This document shows positions 13,117 through 25,600 of a DNA stretch of 64,000 bases, one piece after another. Within the stretch, counting starts at the first letter, position 1. The number at the start of each line of letters is the position of its first letter. A program made the translations under genes and the position numbers. Location: positions 12,648,001 through 12,712,000 of the forward strand of contig NC_043004.1 in the NCBI RefSeq assembly GCF_006345805.1, given 5' to 3'. This DNA comes from Octopus sinensis (taxonomy: Eukaryota). A model generated the notes under the pieces. That model did no database searches. It had not been told where the DNA came from and worked only from the letters and a program-made list of their open reading frames with translations.

Positions 13117-14894
13117 ATATATATATATATCGATAGATAGATAGTACGATAGATAGATAGGTGAATAGACAGACTGAGGAACAGACATACAGACAGGCAC
13201 ATAGATGTATACATGCATATATACATACATACACACATACGCAAACGCACATATTTAACAAACAACGGTGAGCTGTTGTCTATAACATATTTAGTTATAT
13301 AATGTTACGTACATTTCATTAACATAAAGTGATTATTAGTTGTATAATGCAAATTACATTATCCACACTTTCTGTCAAATCGTCAGAGTCGTATAATAAT
13401 TATATGCTTCATGATTGTCCTGAAAAGTCGACACTGTTCAGCATCTCAGAGAAGACTCACAGCAGTTACTTCCTTGATGAAATTTAACAGGAAAGAAATA
13501 TATCTGTTGCTCTTTATTACCAGTTGGCTTAATAGGCAAGATAAACTCCTAAATTCATGTTTTCAAGAAATTTTGATTATCTGATATTGTTGTAGTTACT
13601 CCCTTGCTAGCAGATTTTAGATGTTATACACCCCTGGTAGAGATTTTATCTTCTAATTGCAAGGATAATCTAACGTAATTCCGTGTTCAACTCACTATGT
13701 TGCATGTGTAAAACTAAGCCACATATATACATACACACATATATACATAGATATACACACAAACAAATATGCACACATGTGTATATACATACAAGTATAC
13801 ACTCATACTGCCCCATCCCAGACATACACACACGTAGTTATGTAGATGTATACGATTACATATACATATGTATAGAAGGAATCCTGGAAAATAAATCTAA
13901 CAACATACAAAATAAAATAACACCAATGGTAAAAACAACAGCATCAAAGTAATAAAATGATCGTTAAAAAAAGAAAAGTAAAGTAAAAAACAAATAAGAG
14001 ATAAAGAGCTCAGCTATAACTGTCAGAGTAGTGTATTTTTTAAATAGTATGTGCAATGTTTTAGAAGTTTGAGAAGTCGGATATCTAAGTTAGAATTACA
14101 AAAGAAAAAGGAAATAATATATATGTTTAGAATCGCTGTTTTACTTGTTTATTTATCTAAAGACATTTAAAACAATTGATCGTTCGCTCCAGTGAATATT
14201 TTAACCGTTCTTTGAGAATTATATTCCCATTTCTATTTGCTATTTATCATTTTGAATTGAGGCTACGGCTTATCTGAACTTAAAATTAAGTTCTACTAAA
14301 TAAACATTCAGACATACATACCCACACGTACATATAGAAACACGCATGCACATGTAAGATATAAATAAGCATATATGTGTTTACGTGGTTATTGTAGTTT
14401 TGTTGTATCTGTGTGTGTGAGGGGAGTGTTCCGTTGCTTCTGAACATGCGTGAGCTGATTAATGAAATGCAGGCACGTATATGTATTGCTTGTTAACAAA
14501 GGTTTAAATGTAAAGTGATATGTCTATGTATATAAAACTCCGTGTGTGACTCTTGTTCGTAAATGTTGTTACATGCAAATATGTGCGTGTGTATATAAAT
14601 ATATATACACACACACATTCATGTATTACCAGATTAACAGATTAATACACTTATTTTGGTATATACATTTACATAGAAACTGACAAATATATACACACAC
14701 ACTTACAGACACACACATACATACACACACATACATACACACACATACATACACACATACATAATACATACATACACACACACACACATACATACACACA
14801 TACATACACACACACACATGCACACACACACACACACACATACATACATAGGATAACCCCGAGGAAAAAGAAACAAGAACCCACAGTATCATAG

Positions 14895-15455
14895 AAGCCC
14901 AGCGAAGGCCCAATAAAATGTAAGCACAACAAACCTGAAATAAGGATTAGGGATAGAGAAGAGAAACGGTGCACAGCTGTTGAAATTAGTTACCCAGCGG
15001 AAGTTAACATAAAGCTGAAGATCAGTTAAAAAGAGAACACCTATGCTGAACTATTGAGAAATATGCAGTTACTCTATCCAGATTAGAAGTTCAGGTAATT
15101 ATTGGGACACTGGGATATGTAACATACTGCTTAAATACTAATCTTGAGAAATTCTCAAAATCAGAAAGGGGAGACCAAATTCAATAACTAAAGAACCAAT
15201 CCGTCACTGGAACTGTAAAATCTGTAAAGCTTTCCAGAAGCTTATCATTTAAATATATATGAGCATGTCTGGATATACAACTACATGCACGAGAATACAT
15301 TCATAAAACAAAACATACAAATATGCACACATACATACATACATACATACATACAAAAAAAGACCCTTTATTTGATGGTAAAATTCGAATGAAGGTGCCA
15401 TGGATCTAAGTTAGGAACCGGCTGTTTCTCTATTGATAAAACTTAACAATGACAT
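14895..15455 (+). mobile_element. 5'-truncated RLE-type LINE 3' end (same family as 49880-51560)
   Basis: Nucleotide match to 50270-50720 (AAGCACAACA.ACCTGA..CCCAGCGGA.GTTAACATAAAGCT.AAGATCAGT). The 3'UTR has (ATAC)n and GGATCTA.GTTAG..ACCGGCT.TTTCTCTATTG. Confidence 0.85.
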
Positions 15456-15619
15456 ACATTCATATATACATACACATACATATATATATATATATATATG
15501 ATACATATATAGAAATATTCATATACACACATATATGTACATATATACATACATATATATATGTATATATTTATATACATATATACATACATATATTCAT
15601 ACTTACTTTTTTCTCTCCT

Positions 15620-15760
15620 TTTTTCCTCTCCTTGTTTTTTGTGTGCCTCTTTCTGTAGAAGAGCGTAGGTTCAAAACGTAAAAGCCTTTTTTCAAATCCT
15701 GAACGTTATATTTAACACACCTGTTTCTTTTGCACATCCCCTGTCTTCGTCTTTTGGGTT
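15620..15760 (+). mobile_element. Short Penelope-derived terminal-repeat-like element with a hammerhead-like motif
   Basis: CTTT CTGTAGA A GAGC GTAG GTTC AAAAC GTA AAAG. It is inversely homologous to 57130-57250 and sits among (TA)n. Confidence 0.5.
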
Positions 15761-15902
15761 TTTTTCGTAAACTCTCCCTATATATATATATATGAATGTG
15801 TATATATATATAGGCGGTGCTCCAGCATGGCCGCAGTCAAATGACTGAAACAAGTAAAAAATATATATATATATATATATATGTAAACAGTAATCGCTCG
15901 AC

Positions 15903-16071
15903 AATGTAAAGTAAGGCTTACGAGAAAGGGATGGCCTCCCTTTGCAAATACCTAAAGGGCACAGAAAGTGTTTCTAAAGCCAGCTGGAGACGATGATCTC
16001 CTGGGGCTAAAAAGCTACAGTAACACTCCCTCCCCTTTGTGGTTAGCCATATTGAGATGGCTTTTATACTT

Positions 16072-16075
<4 letters not shown>
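15903..16075. mobile_element. Internally deleted copy of the TIR family at 16763-17144
   Basis: ATGTAAAGTA left end, the CCAGCTGGAGACGATGATCTCCTGGGGCTA..AGCTACAGTA core, and an ATACTTTACAT right end. Confidence 0.65.
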
Positions 16076-16107
<32 letters not shown>

Positions 16108-16335
16108 TATATATATATCCGTATTCAATTAATGGAAGAAAAGAAAATGGAGAGTTGAAAGTTAATAATTATTTATTAATATATTGATGATTCTTACTTC
16201 CTACAGCTGTTTCCATTTGTGCTCATTGAATAAATTAGAAATTTATGGTTTTTATTGTATAGAATATTAAAATCTATAATACATATATATATACATACGT
16301 AAATACATAATTACATGCATAAATACATATACACA

Positions 16336-16405
<70 letters not shown>

Positions 16406-16762
16406 CATCAATCTTTCAATGTGTGTGTGTCTGTGTGTGTATGTGTGTGTGTGCGAGTGGACTCTTAAAACTATGACCGTCACTCGGATTAGAGGATGAC
16501 TCTTGAGTATGTGCCATTCGTATTTATGTACCGATGAACAGAAATAAACCACCCTCAGAGCCTGTATCTGTATTTATGTAAGTGTTTTTATGTGTGAGTA
16601 TATGTGTGTCCCCGTGTGTTTTAAATCAGGTTTCATTTATTAAGATAAACATATATATTCTCTAAATATTGCATCCCCGGGCATGAATAAATGATTCTAG
16701 CCGAATCATAAGTCAAACAACAATAAATCTCTGAACGCGATATAAACAGTAGCTGCACGACA

Positions 16763-17144
16763 ATGTGAAGTATATTTGCCACTTAAATGTGAATGCTACT
16801 GTAGCTTGTAGCCCCAGGAGGACACCTCCTCCAGCTGGCTATTGATACGCTTTCTGTGCTCTATCAGTATTTGCAAAGGGAAGCCATCCTTCTCATCGTC
16901 GACCTGACGTGATACGCACAGACCCGGGTTTCTGAATATTTAAACCCGTCGTCAGCGCACGACAATCACCGGTTTTCAATGCGAAGGGGTCCCAATGCAA
17001 ATACATATATCATTTTTCCAGTGACGATAGGGCACAGAAAGTGTGTCAATAGCCAGCTGGAGAAGATTTCTCCTGGGGCTACAAGCTACAGTAGCGTCGA
17101 CCCTTAGCGGTTAGACACATTTAAGTGGCGAATATACTTCACAT
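16763..17144. mobile_element. MITE with about 105-bp TIRs
   Basis: ATGTGAAGTATATTTGCCACTTAAATGTG..GTAGCTTGTAGCCCCAGGAG..CCAGCTGGCTATTGA..CTTTCTGTGC is inverse to GCACAGAAAG..TCAATAGCCAGCTGG..CTCCTGGGGCTACAAGCTAC..CACATTTAAGTGGCGAATATACTTCACAT. Confidence 0.85.
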
Positions 17145-18240
17145 AAGTCAAATTTATGCATATACTCCTGATCTTTATCATTAGAATGCAGATTAACAAG
17201 TATGGGAGTGTTACTAGTTCTGAAATAGTATTTAAAGAGTGTCAAGAACTTTCTTTAATGTACAAATCAAAGAGATTAAGGACTAAACATTAAAAATACA
17301 TAAATCTTCAACACAACAGAATTGAAACTCGAAGAGAACTTTTCCCCTTTGAAGGTAAATTCAGCACAGGTGAAACTCGTATTATAGACTGCATTTAAGA
17401 ATTACTGTTTGATTATGAAGTTTGAACACTTTTAGATTGTAGCAGAGCTGTTTAACACGTTCATTTTATTGTAATATTAGACAATTTTTCAATTTGGTTG
17501 TTTTAACCTTAAATAGTGGAATATAAGCTCACCAGAACTTTTCTTAGCCTCGAGTCATACGAACCAGTTGTTGATCAAATCAGTTGCAGGTATTGGTCAG
17601 TTTTAACTGTTCAATCGCGTGTTTTCAACGCGGGTAAAATTATCTTGGCCTGTGGAGCAACCCCACAGTTATACAAACTCCAGGTTCTCCCGCTCTTGGT
17701 CTTTGGGCTAGCCGCCATTCACCACCCAGCAGCCCTTTTTCAGCCATTCGTCGCCCATCTTCATTGCTGCAGCCACAGACAGCAGACCACAGCGAAATTA
17801 TCTGATCCAGCAGAACTGAAGTAATTTGAATGTTTGTTTCAGAATGGAGTATTAACATCATTCCCTTTGGCAATTTTCTATTATTATAACGAGAGGAATA
17901 AATTTTCCTTTTCCATCTTATTTAAATCTTATCGTTTTTCTTTCCACACCACGTCATTATAAATGGAGACCTATGAACTTCTTCCTGTTATAAGATGTAA
18001 CGGTTTTAGAGAGAGAAATATATTTCAATGTTTCTCAGTTCAGTTCTGAGTGGGTTTCCGCAGATTTCAGAATTTTCAAAAAATGTGCCGAAGCCGACGT
18101 GAACAATAAGAAAATAAAATAAAATTAAACTAAAATAAATTCTCATAACAGTCATCTGTCACCTGTGGCTCACTTCGGTAACCAACCCTCCGTCACCTCT
18201 TTATGAAGGCGAGGTTTACATATATAATTTATATGCACAT

Positions 18241-18613
18241 TTCTGCACGTGGCACTCTGTCGCTTACGACGACGAGAGTTCCAGTTGATCCGATCAACGG
18301 AACAGCCTGCTCATGAAATTAACGTGCAAGTGGCTGAGCACTCCACAGACGCGTGTACTCTTAACGTAGTTCTCGGGGAGATTCAGCGTGACACAAAGTG
18401 TGACAAGGCTGGCCCTTTGAAATACAGGCACAACAGAAACAGTGAGAGTTGTGGTGGAAGAATACAGTAGGGTACCCCCCCCCCTGCAGGAGACTCGTGG
18501 AGCTTTAGAGGCTTTCGCTCAATAAACACTCACAACGGACGGTCAGGAAATCGAAACCGCGATCCTACGACCGCGAGTCCGCTGCCCTAACGACTGGACC
18601 ATTCCGCCTCCAC
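18241..18613 (-). mobile_element. Type D tRNA-derived SINE carrying tail X
   Basis: Minus strand: GTGGAGGCGGAATGGTCCAGTCGTTAGGG..GGTTTCGATTTCC head, then TTTCAAAGGGCCAGCCTTGTCAC..CCGTTGATCGGATCAACTGGAAC tail. Confidence 0.85.
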
Positions 18614-18905
18614 TGCACATTTCTACTACAAACATAAAGGCCTATATACAGTTTCCAGGGAAATTGTATATAGGTATCTGTGTTTATCTTTTATTTTCTA
18701 CGAGTCATTTATTAAAGCTATTTTCTGTTTCATATATTTAACTTTCGACACTGAATTATTTTTTATTTCATTGATTTCATTTCTAAATTCAGTTTCGAAT
18801 AAATTTTATCGTTATGTCTCCGAAATATTTATTTCTAATATTTAACAGTACTCATTCCTCCATAACTTGCACAAATATAAGTATTCATACACACACACAT
18901 ACATA

Positions 18906-18936
<31 letters not shown>

Positions 18937-18959
18937 CATTTATATATATATATATATAT

Positions 18960-18997
<38 letters not shown>

Positions 18998-19200
18998 ACA
19001 TATACATTTATACGTATATATATATATATATATATGCATACGTATGCATTTATACGTATATATATATATATATATATATATATACAAAGTGATCTAAACG
19101 ATTAGTTGCGCTAGGTAAGTGTTGTAACGAATTACTAGGGCTCCAAGATTATAGCCGAGACACTAGTTATGGGGCTATTGCAGATTTGCGATATAGCGGA

Positions 19201-19391
19201 TATATAATTGTTAAAGAATGCAACAAACGTTAAGGCAAGGCAAGCATCTCAAGTCACATACATTATTATTACTAGAAAAACATTCAATGTCTTACAGCTG
19301 TTTCTAGGATATCCCAGAGTGTGGGATAATGTATATAACTTGAGATGTTTGTCTCGCCTTAACGTTTATTGTCCTCTTTAACAATTATATA
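19201..19391. repeat. Foldback palindromic element (54-bp arms)
   Basis: 19201-19254 is an imperfect inverse of 19338-19391. The loop contains CTTACAGCTGTTTC. Confidence 0.8.
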
Positions 19392-19398
19392 TGTATGT

Positions 19399-19467
<69 letters not shown>

Positions 19468-19623
19468 ATATATATATGTATATAAGTATATGAAACACGA
19501 GAACACGGGATTTCTGCCCTTGGCATGTAGCTTCACCGTGTTTTCTGAAGTGAATTTGCTACCCGGATATCGGTTAACCGAATTATCCATACTAAGATAA
19601 TTCATTCACCTACTTAAATATAT

Positions 19624-19656
<33 letters not shown>

Positions 19657-19657
<1 letters not shown>

Positions 19658-20620
19658 AAATAGTAAAAAGTGAAAAAAGTAAAAACTACAGAAGGCTTGT
19701 TTTAAAAGGTTAAAAAATATATATTTGAGTCATTATGTCAGAAGAATGTTAAAAATTTTGCCTTTGTGAGAATCTTTTTAAGTCATTTATGTTGTTTGTA
19801 GCTTTTAATGATTTAAAAATCATTAAAAGCTACAAACAACCTAAATCACTTAAAAAGATTCTCACAAAGGCAAAATTGCTTTCTGAAATTACGGATGCAA
19901 AAGTAAAAAAATGTGGTAGACCGAAACTGTGCAACATGTCCAAACCTGCTAGAAGGATCAGAATTCCTCTTCAAAGAGGGACAAAAATTCAAGATCAAAT
20001 CTAATTTTACTTGTGCCTCTGAAAACATAATTTATGCCATAAGATGCTCGGGCTGCCACCAAAACTACGTGGGGTCCACGGGAATATCACTCAGACGTAG
20101 ATGCACAGTGCATCGACAACAGATTGCATTCCCAGAATACAGAATGATACCCTTTAGTGAGCACATTGAGAAATGCGCAAAGCAACTACTACCACAATTT
20201 TTAATCTTTCCATTTTACCAATGTGCTATTGGAACACCAACACAAATTAGACTAAATGGGGAAACATTCTTCATTGAAAAATATAAGCCCAAACTTAACC
20301 ACTCCAACATTCTTATACAGAGAAACTCACCCCCCCCCCCCCCCAAAAAAAGGCAAGAAATATTAAGCGATTATCTCCCTTACACCGGAAGAAATCACTT
20401 ATTACCTCCCCTTAGCTGGAACTCTCCTTTACACTTCTCAACGAAATCATAACGATGTAAGAATTTTGAAAAGCTGAACGCGAAACCGGTCATTTCTTCA
20501 AAAACTATGTCATTGTATGAAAAAAAATTGTAACATTCTTCTGACATAATGACTCAAATATATATTTTTTAACCTTTTAAAACAAGCCTTCTGGAGTTTT
20601 TTCACTTTTTACTATTTTCT
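19657..20620 (+). mobile_element. Penelope-like element 3' fragment (GIY-YIG EN plus terminal repeat) with inverted 5' segments
   Basis: IIKSYKQPKSLKKILTKAK..KCGRP, frameshift, NCATCPNL..FKIKSNFTCASENIIYAIRCSGCHQNYVGSTGISLRRR..VHRQQI..ETFFIEKYKPKLN. Inverted repeat 19657-19759 / 20524-20618. Confidence 0.9.
20455..20500 (+). ncRNA. Degenerate minimal hammerhead ribozyme motif in the Penelope terminal repeat
   Basis: AAGAATT TTGAAAA GC TGAAC GC GAAACCGGTC ATTTCTT: short stem II, palindromic ACCGGT stem III and a GUC site. The core differs from CUGANGA at 2 positions. Confidence 0.5.
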
Positions 20621-20698
20621 ATATATTTAACCACGTTCTTTCACACACCAACTTTCTCACCTATATATATATATATATTTGTATGTATGTATGTATAA

Positions 20699-20752
<54 letters not shown>

Positions 20753-21677
20753 ATGTATATATATATATATATATATATTTGTATGTATGTATATATGTAT
20801 ATATAAAATTAACAGAATGTGATAAAAATCCAAAGGTGTGAAAGATTTCAGAACATTTATATAGAGATGGTATTACAGCTGTTTCCGGGATATTTTATAT
20901 ATCCCTTAATCGGAGACGGGTGCGAGAAGATGGTTAAGCAATACTTATTCTAGAGAAGATATGAAATAAAGAGTGAAGTGGAGGAATAAAACAGACGTGA
21001 GATATGTAGGGATATTGTATCAGCATTACCTGACACCTTTGGGTCTTCTTGTCACCATTACGTCTCATAACCTATATATATATATACATATATAAATACA
21101 TATAGATATGTATATATATATATTCGTTGAAGTTTGGTTTTGATTGGTTTGGAATCATGTGACGTCAGTGAACAGTGCCAGTGAACCCCCAACTATTGCT
21201 GCTACGATCAACAGTCCTCTACTGCTGCTGCTGCCACGGCCACAGCTTAACTGCTACAACCCCAACCACCACCAAGGTTGCCAGAATTACGACCAACAGT
21301 AACTGCTGCTAGGACAGCCACAGGTTACTACTACTACGACCAACAATCACTACTGTTGCTACCATTGGAACACAGGGAAATAAAAAAGCGGTTCCTTTTG
21401 ATACCAGCAAGAAACAATAATGAACTTCTTCACTACACTCAACTGTAATATAGCGATTATACCAACTACCGACAAAACACCACCACCTGGATTCTATTGA
21501 GACCAGTAAGAAATGATTATGAACTTTTCTATTGCACTTTTTATAATATTTTTGATAAGGTTCGTTTTTTCAAGAACCGAAAGATGTAAAATTCATAAGA
21601 AAATTAAAATTTATCTAATATAGTGGCGTTTTCAAACTTCTCTTTTACAAATATATATATATATATATATATAATAT

Positions 21678-21723
<46 letters not shown>

Positions 21724-21862
21724 TATATATATATACATCATATATATGCGTGTGCACATGGATGGATGGATGTTTGCATATATGTTTATAAATGTATGTC
21801 TCTATATGTATGTATACATGTATTGTGTGCTGAGGAAACAACAAAAAGGAAGAGAGAGAGAA

Positions 21863-21905
<43 letters not shown>

Positions 21906-22186
21906 GCGTGTGTGTGAAAGGGAGAGAGAGAGAAAGAGCGATCGAGAAGGAGAGAGAGAGAAAAATGAAACACATGTAGCGGTTCGTACGTCACTATTCG
22001 TACATGAAACTGTTGAAGACCATAAACTATACTGACAGTTTTGATATAGGCTGTTGTGTAGTCACTGTAATGGCCATGTCCTTTTCAAAACTAGTTTATC
22101 TGGGATAAACTACGTCAAAAATAAAATATAAATATTTTACAATACGGCATTGCTTTTACATATGTTTTATTATTAACTAGCAGTAT

Positions 22187-22478
22187 CGCCCGGCGTTGCT
22201 TGGGTTTGTAAGGGAAATAACTATATAAGCATTTTTAGAGAATTATTTCCTTTATATAATAGCGAAAAAAATGCATTAAAAATGGGAAAAAATGATGGTA
22301 ATTTTTCTTTTAAATCGTAGACTCATCGTAGACGCGCGCTCATACCCAGAAGGGCTCGATATGAATCACGACTATAAGATACCCGCTTTTGGTTAAACTG
22401 CACCGCAAAATGTGGGAGTAGTTAGGAATCTAAATCGTAGGAGACAGACATACAACTTCACCTTTATACATAAAGATT
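22187..22478 (+). mobile_element. Helentron-associated non-autonomous element (HINE/DINE-1/Lep1-like)
   Basis: The 5' end is ACTAGCAGTATCGCCCGGCGTTGCTTGGGT and the 3' end is CTTCACCTTTATACATAAAGAT. A near-identical inverted copy lies at 29726-30128. Confidence 0.75.
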
Positions 22479-23387
22479 TAATTTGATGGAAGTTTTGAAG
22501 GTTTCGTTGCTGTTGCAAGCAAGTCAAGTAACTATTTAGAAAAAAAAACTCCCTGGCTGGTTTCGCAAATTCACTTTGCTGTTTGAGTGATATTAAAATT
22601 AAGGGAAACCTGTGTAAGATTCTCTCCTGGTTCCGAAACTAAATCCTCTTTAGTAAAACATAATAGACGTAGACCTTTCTTCAACAAAATGTTCACACAG
22701 TCACTAATTCATTCGGCAATCTATTTTAATGCTATAATCGCAAAGAATTACTCTGTATAACACAGTGCTTTAGTTTCATCAGATCTCGTGAAATGTTGAA
22801 CCAGTTGCTTTAAGAACCAAAGGAACTGACAGAAGTTATAAGATGTTTTCTACCATAACTGACTGTCACAGGGCTCTGAACATCAGAGGTGATATTTAGA
22901 AGCCGCAAGAAGACTGTTTAAACACCGGTTTGGTAATAATTTAATTGTTCTTCACTTATCGAATGGGAGAGCTACGTTTAACATAAGAAAAACGCAACCT
23001 AAGCGCTTACGATTCCATTGCATACATACATGCTCACATACTTTAATCTACGCATGCAAACACACTTAGCATCTTTACACATGTTCAAGAGACTACTACA
23101 ATATGATTAACATTGTTCCTGAGACACATGTAAAATTGAAAAATTGCTTAAATACATATACGTATAAATATATTAATATTTTTTTGCATGTAACGTTATA
23201 AATAAAAGATTTACTGTGAATGTTTGAACAGTACGTTGTAAAAGAGAACATATTTAACAAATAAAATATTTACATTGACGTCTAAACTTTGGCTTGAATG
23301 CTTTCATCAGTGAATCTGAACACGCACGCACGCACACCACAAACACACATAGACATATATCAGTATGTGTGTGTGTGTATATATATA

Positions 23388-23440
<53 letters not shown>

Positions 23441-23447
23441 TTATACA

Positions 23448-23493
<46 letters not shown>

Positions 23494-23917
23494 CACATGA
23501 GAGGAATGACCACTATGTGGACAACCCTTATGCTAGAAGTAGATCCGCTATTGTCTTACCGCTAAGAAATATTCTCAAGAAAAATTTAGCAAACACCAGA
23601 ACGTAAGCAAGCAAGACAAATGAAAAGTAACAAAATATAGATTATTCACCTACATGTTTCACTATTAACATATTACGTAAGACGTCTCCGTATATAGTTC
23701 TGCATATTATACTTGTATAGACGGTCACACTCAGGATCTACAGGCAGATCGCGTAAGTAAAAATTACGTGATATATTAATAGTGAAACATGTATGTGAAT
23801 AATCTATATTTTGTTACTTTTCATTTGTCTTGCTCGTAAAATACTTCTAATTTTCTGGTGTGCGGTCATGCGTCAATATGAAAAGTAAGCATAGACACAT
23901 ACCTATATATATATGTA

Positions 23918-23953
<36 letters not shown>

Positions 23954-24669
23954 TGTATGTATGTATGTATGTATGTATGTATGTATGTCTCACTGTATGT
24001 ATATATATATTATATATAGTATATAAGTACGTACATAGACTGGTATCACCTCGTTGTTAAAACAACATACAATATTATTTGAAAAATAACTAACGAGGGA
24101 CAAATAACCTTGTTTTTTTTAAAACATAGATAAATCTTAACACGAGGGATATTGGTGGAATATTCCTATAAAAAAATTAACAAATTGCAAGCCTAAAAGG
24201 CGGGATATCGATGTTTGAGATGAACAGAAAAAAGTATATACCGTCTTAGAGAGCGGCTGCCCTACCGACATGAACATTTCTACAAAAATCAAAGAGAAAA
24301 AGGATAACCACGAACAACTGTTTTGAAATTTCCTGCTTCTTGATTCACGTAATAAATTCACATTTCTACCTATAATAATTGGTGCACTTGAATTTGTAAA
24401 TCATTGCCTAAATTACAGTTTAGAAAAGTTGGGAGTTTGCAAAAAATGAATTCAACTGGCTAACAAATTACAAATACAATCTGTAAAACGGAATATTAAA
24501 CGTATGCATGATACTCCTAAGGTTCAACATGTGTCACTCATTCTTTTATTTTACCAACGATGGAGATGTTTTAGAAAGCAACTCCTTTCGCAGAGGAAGT
24601 TTCAAAATATTTAAAATTAGAAGACATACATATATACATCCACACATATTTAAACATATATATACATAT

Positions 24670-24833
24670 AGGTGCAGCAAGGCTGTGTGATAAGAAGTTT
24701 ACTTGTCAACCACATGGTGCGAGATTAAGTTCCACCTCGTGGCACCTTGGGCTAGTGAGTTCTAATATAACTTCGGGCCGACCAAAGACAGTGGATTTGG
24801 TAGACGGAAACTGAAAGAATCCCGTCGTATATA
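24670..24833 (+). mobile_element. Type B SINE 5' half
   Basis: GGCTGTGTGATAAGAAGTTT..GATTTGGTAGACGGAAACTGAAAGAATCCCGTCGTATA. Confidence 0.8.
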
Positions 24834-25211
24834 CACTTGCGTCAGAAATTAATTAGCACTTCTCAAATTTCTACATTAAATAGGTTAAATCAATTAACCT
24901 TATGAGCTGTTCAAAACGTCTTACGCGATGAGAAAACTTAGTATGGTGTGATTTCGGTCCTTGCAAAGCGCTACCTATATCTATTAAACAAAGGAAGATT
25001 TGTCTGCATCCGCACTCCAAGTTGTGGCACTGCTATGTCAACGTCATAAGGCTGTAGACTCTCAAACTGCTCTGCAAACAAAGTTACGTCATCGTTCTGC
25101 GCAACAGTGAACTCACAACAAAGCAATAGTTCGAGATATGGCCACTAGGTGACAGCACATACCTTGAGTGAAGAGCAAATCAAGGGTGCTAATTAATTTC
25201 TGACGGTAGTG
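24834..25211. mobile_element. Tc1/mariner-type MITE (378 bp), TA TSD
   Basis: TA|CACTTGCGTCAGAAATTAATTAGCAC ... GTGCTAATTAATTTCTGACGGTAGTG|TA. Confidence 0.85.
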
Positions 25212-25600
25212 TACTCTCTTTACTCTCTTTTACTTGTTTCAGTCACTTGACTGCGGCCATGCCGGAGCACCGCCTTCTAGTCGAGTAAATAGATCCCAGG
25301 ACTTATTCTTTGTAAGTCTAGTACTTATTTTATCAGTCTCTTTTGCTGAACCGCTAAGTTACGGGGACGTAAATACACCAGCATCGGTTGTCAAGGAATG
25401 GTGGGGGGACAAACAGAGACACACAAACATATACACACATACATATATATACATATATACGACGGGCTTCTTCCTGTTTCCGTCTACCAAATCCACTCAC
25501 AAGACTTTGGTCGGCCCGAGGCTATAGTAGAAGACACTTGCCCAAGGTGCCACGCAGTGGGAATGAACCCGGAACCATGTGGTTGTTAAGCAAGCTACTT

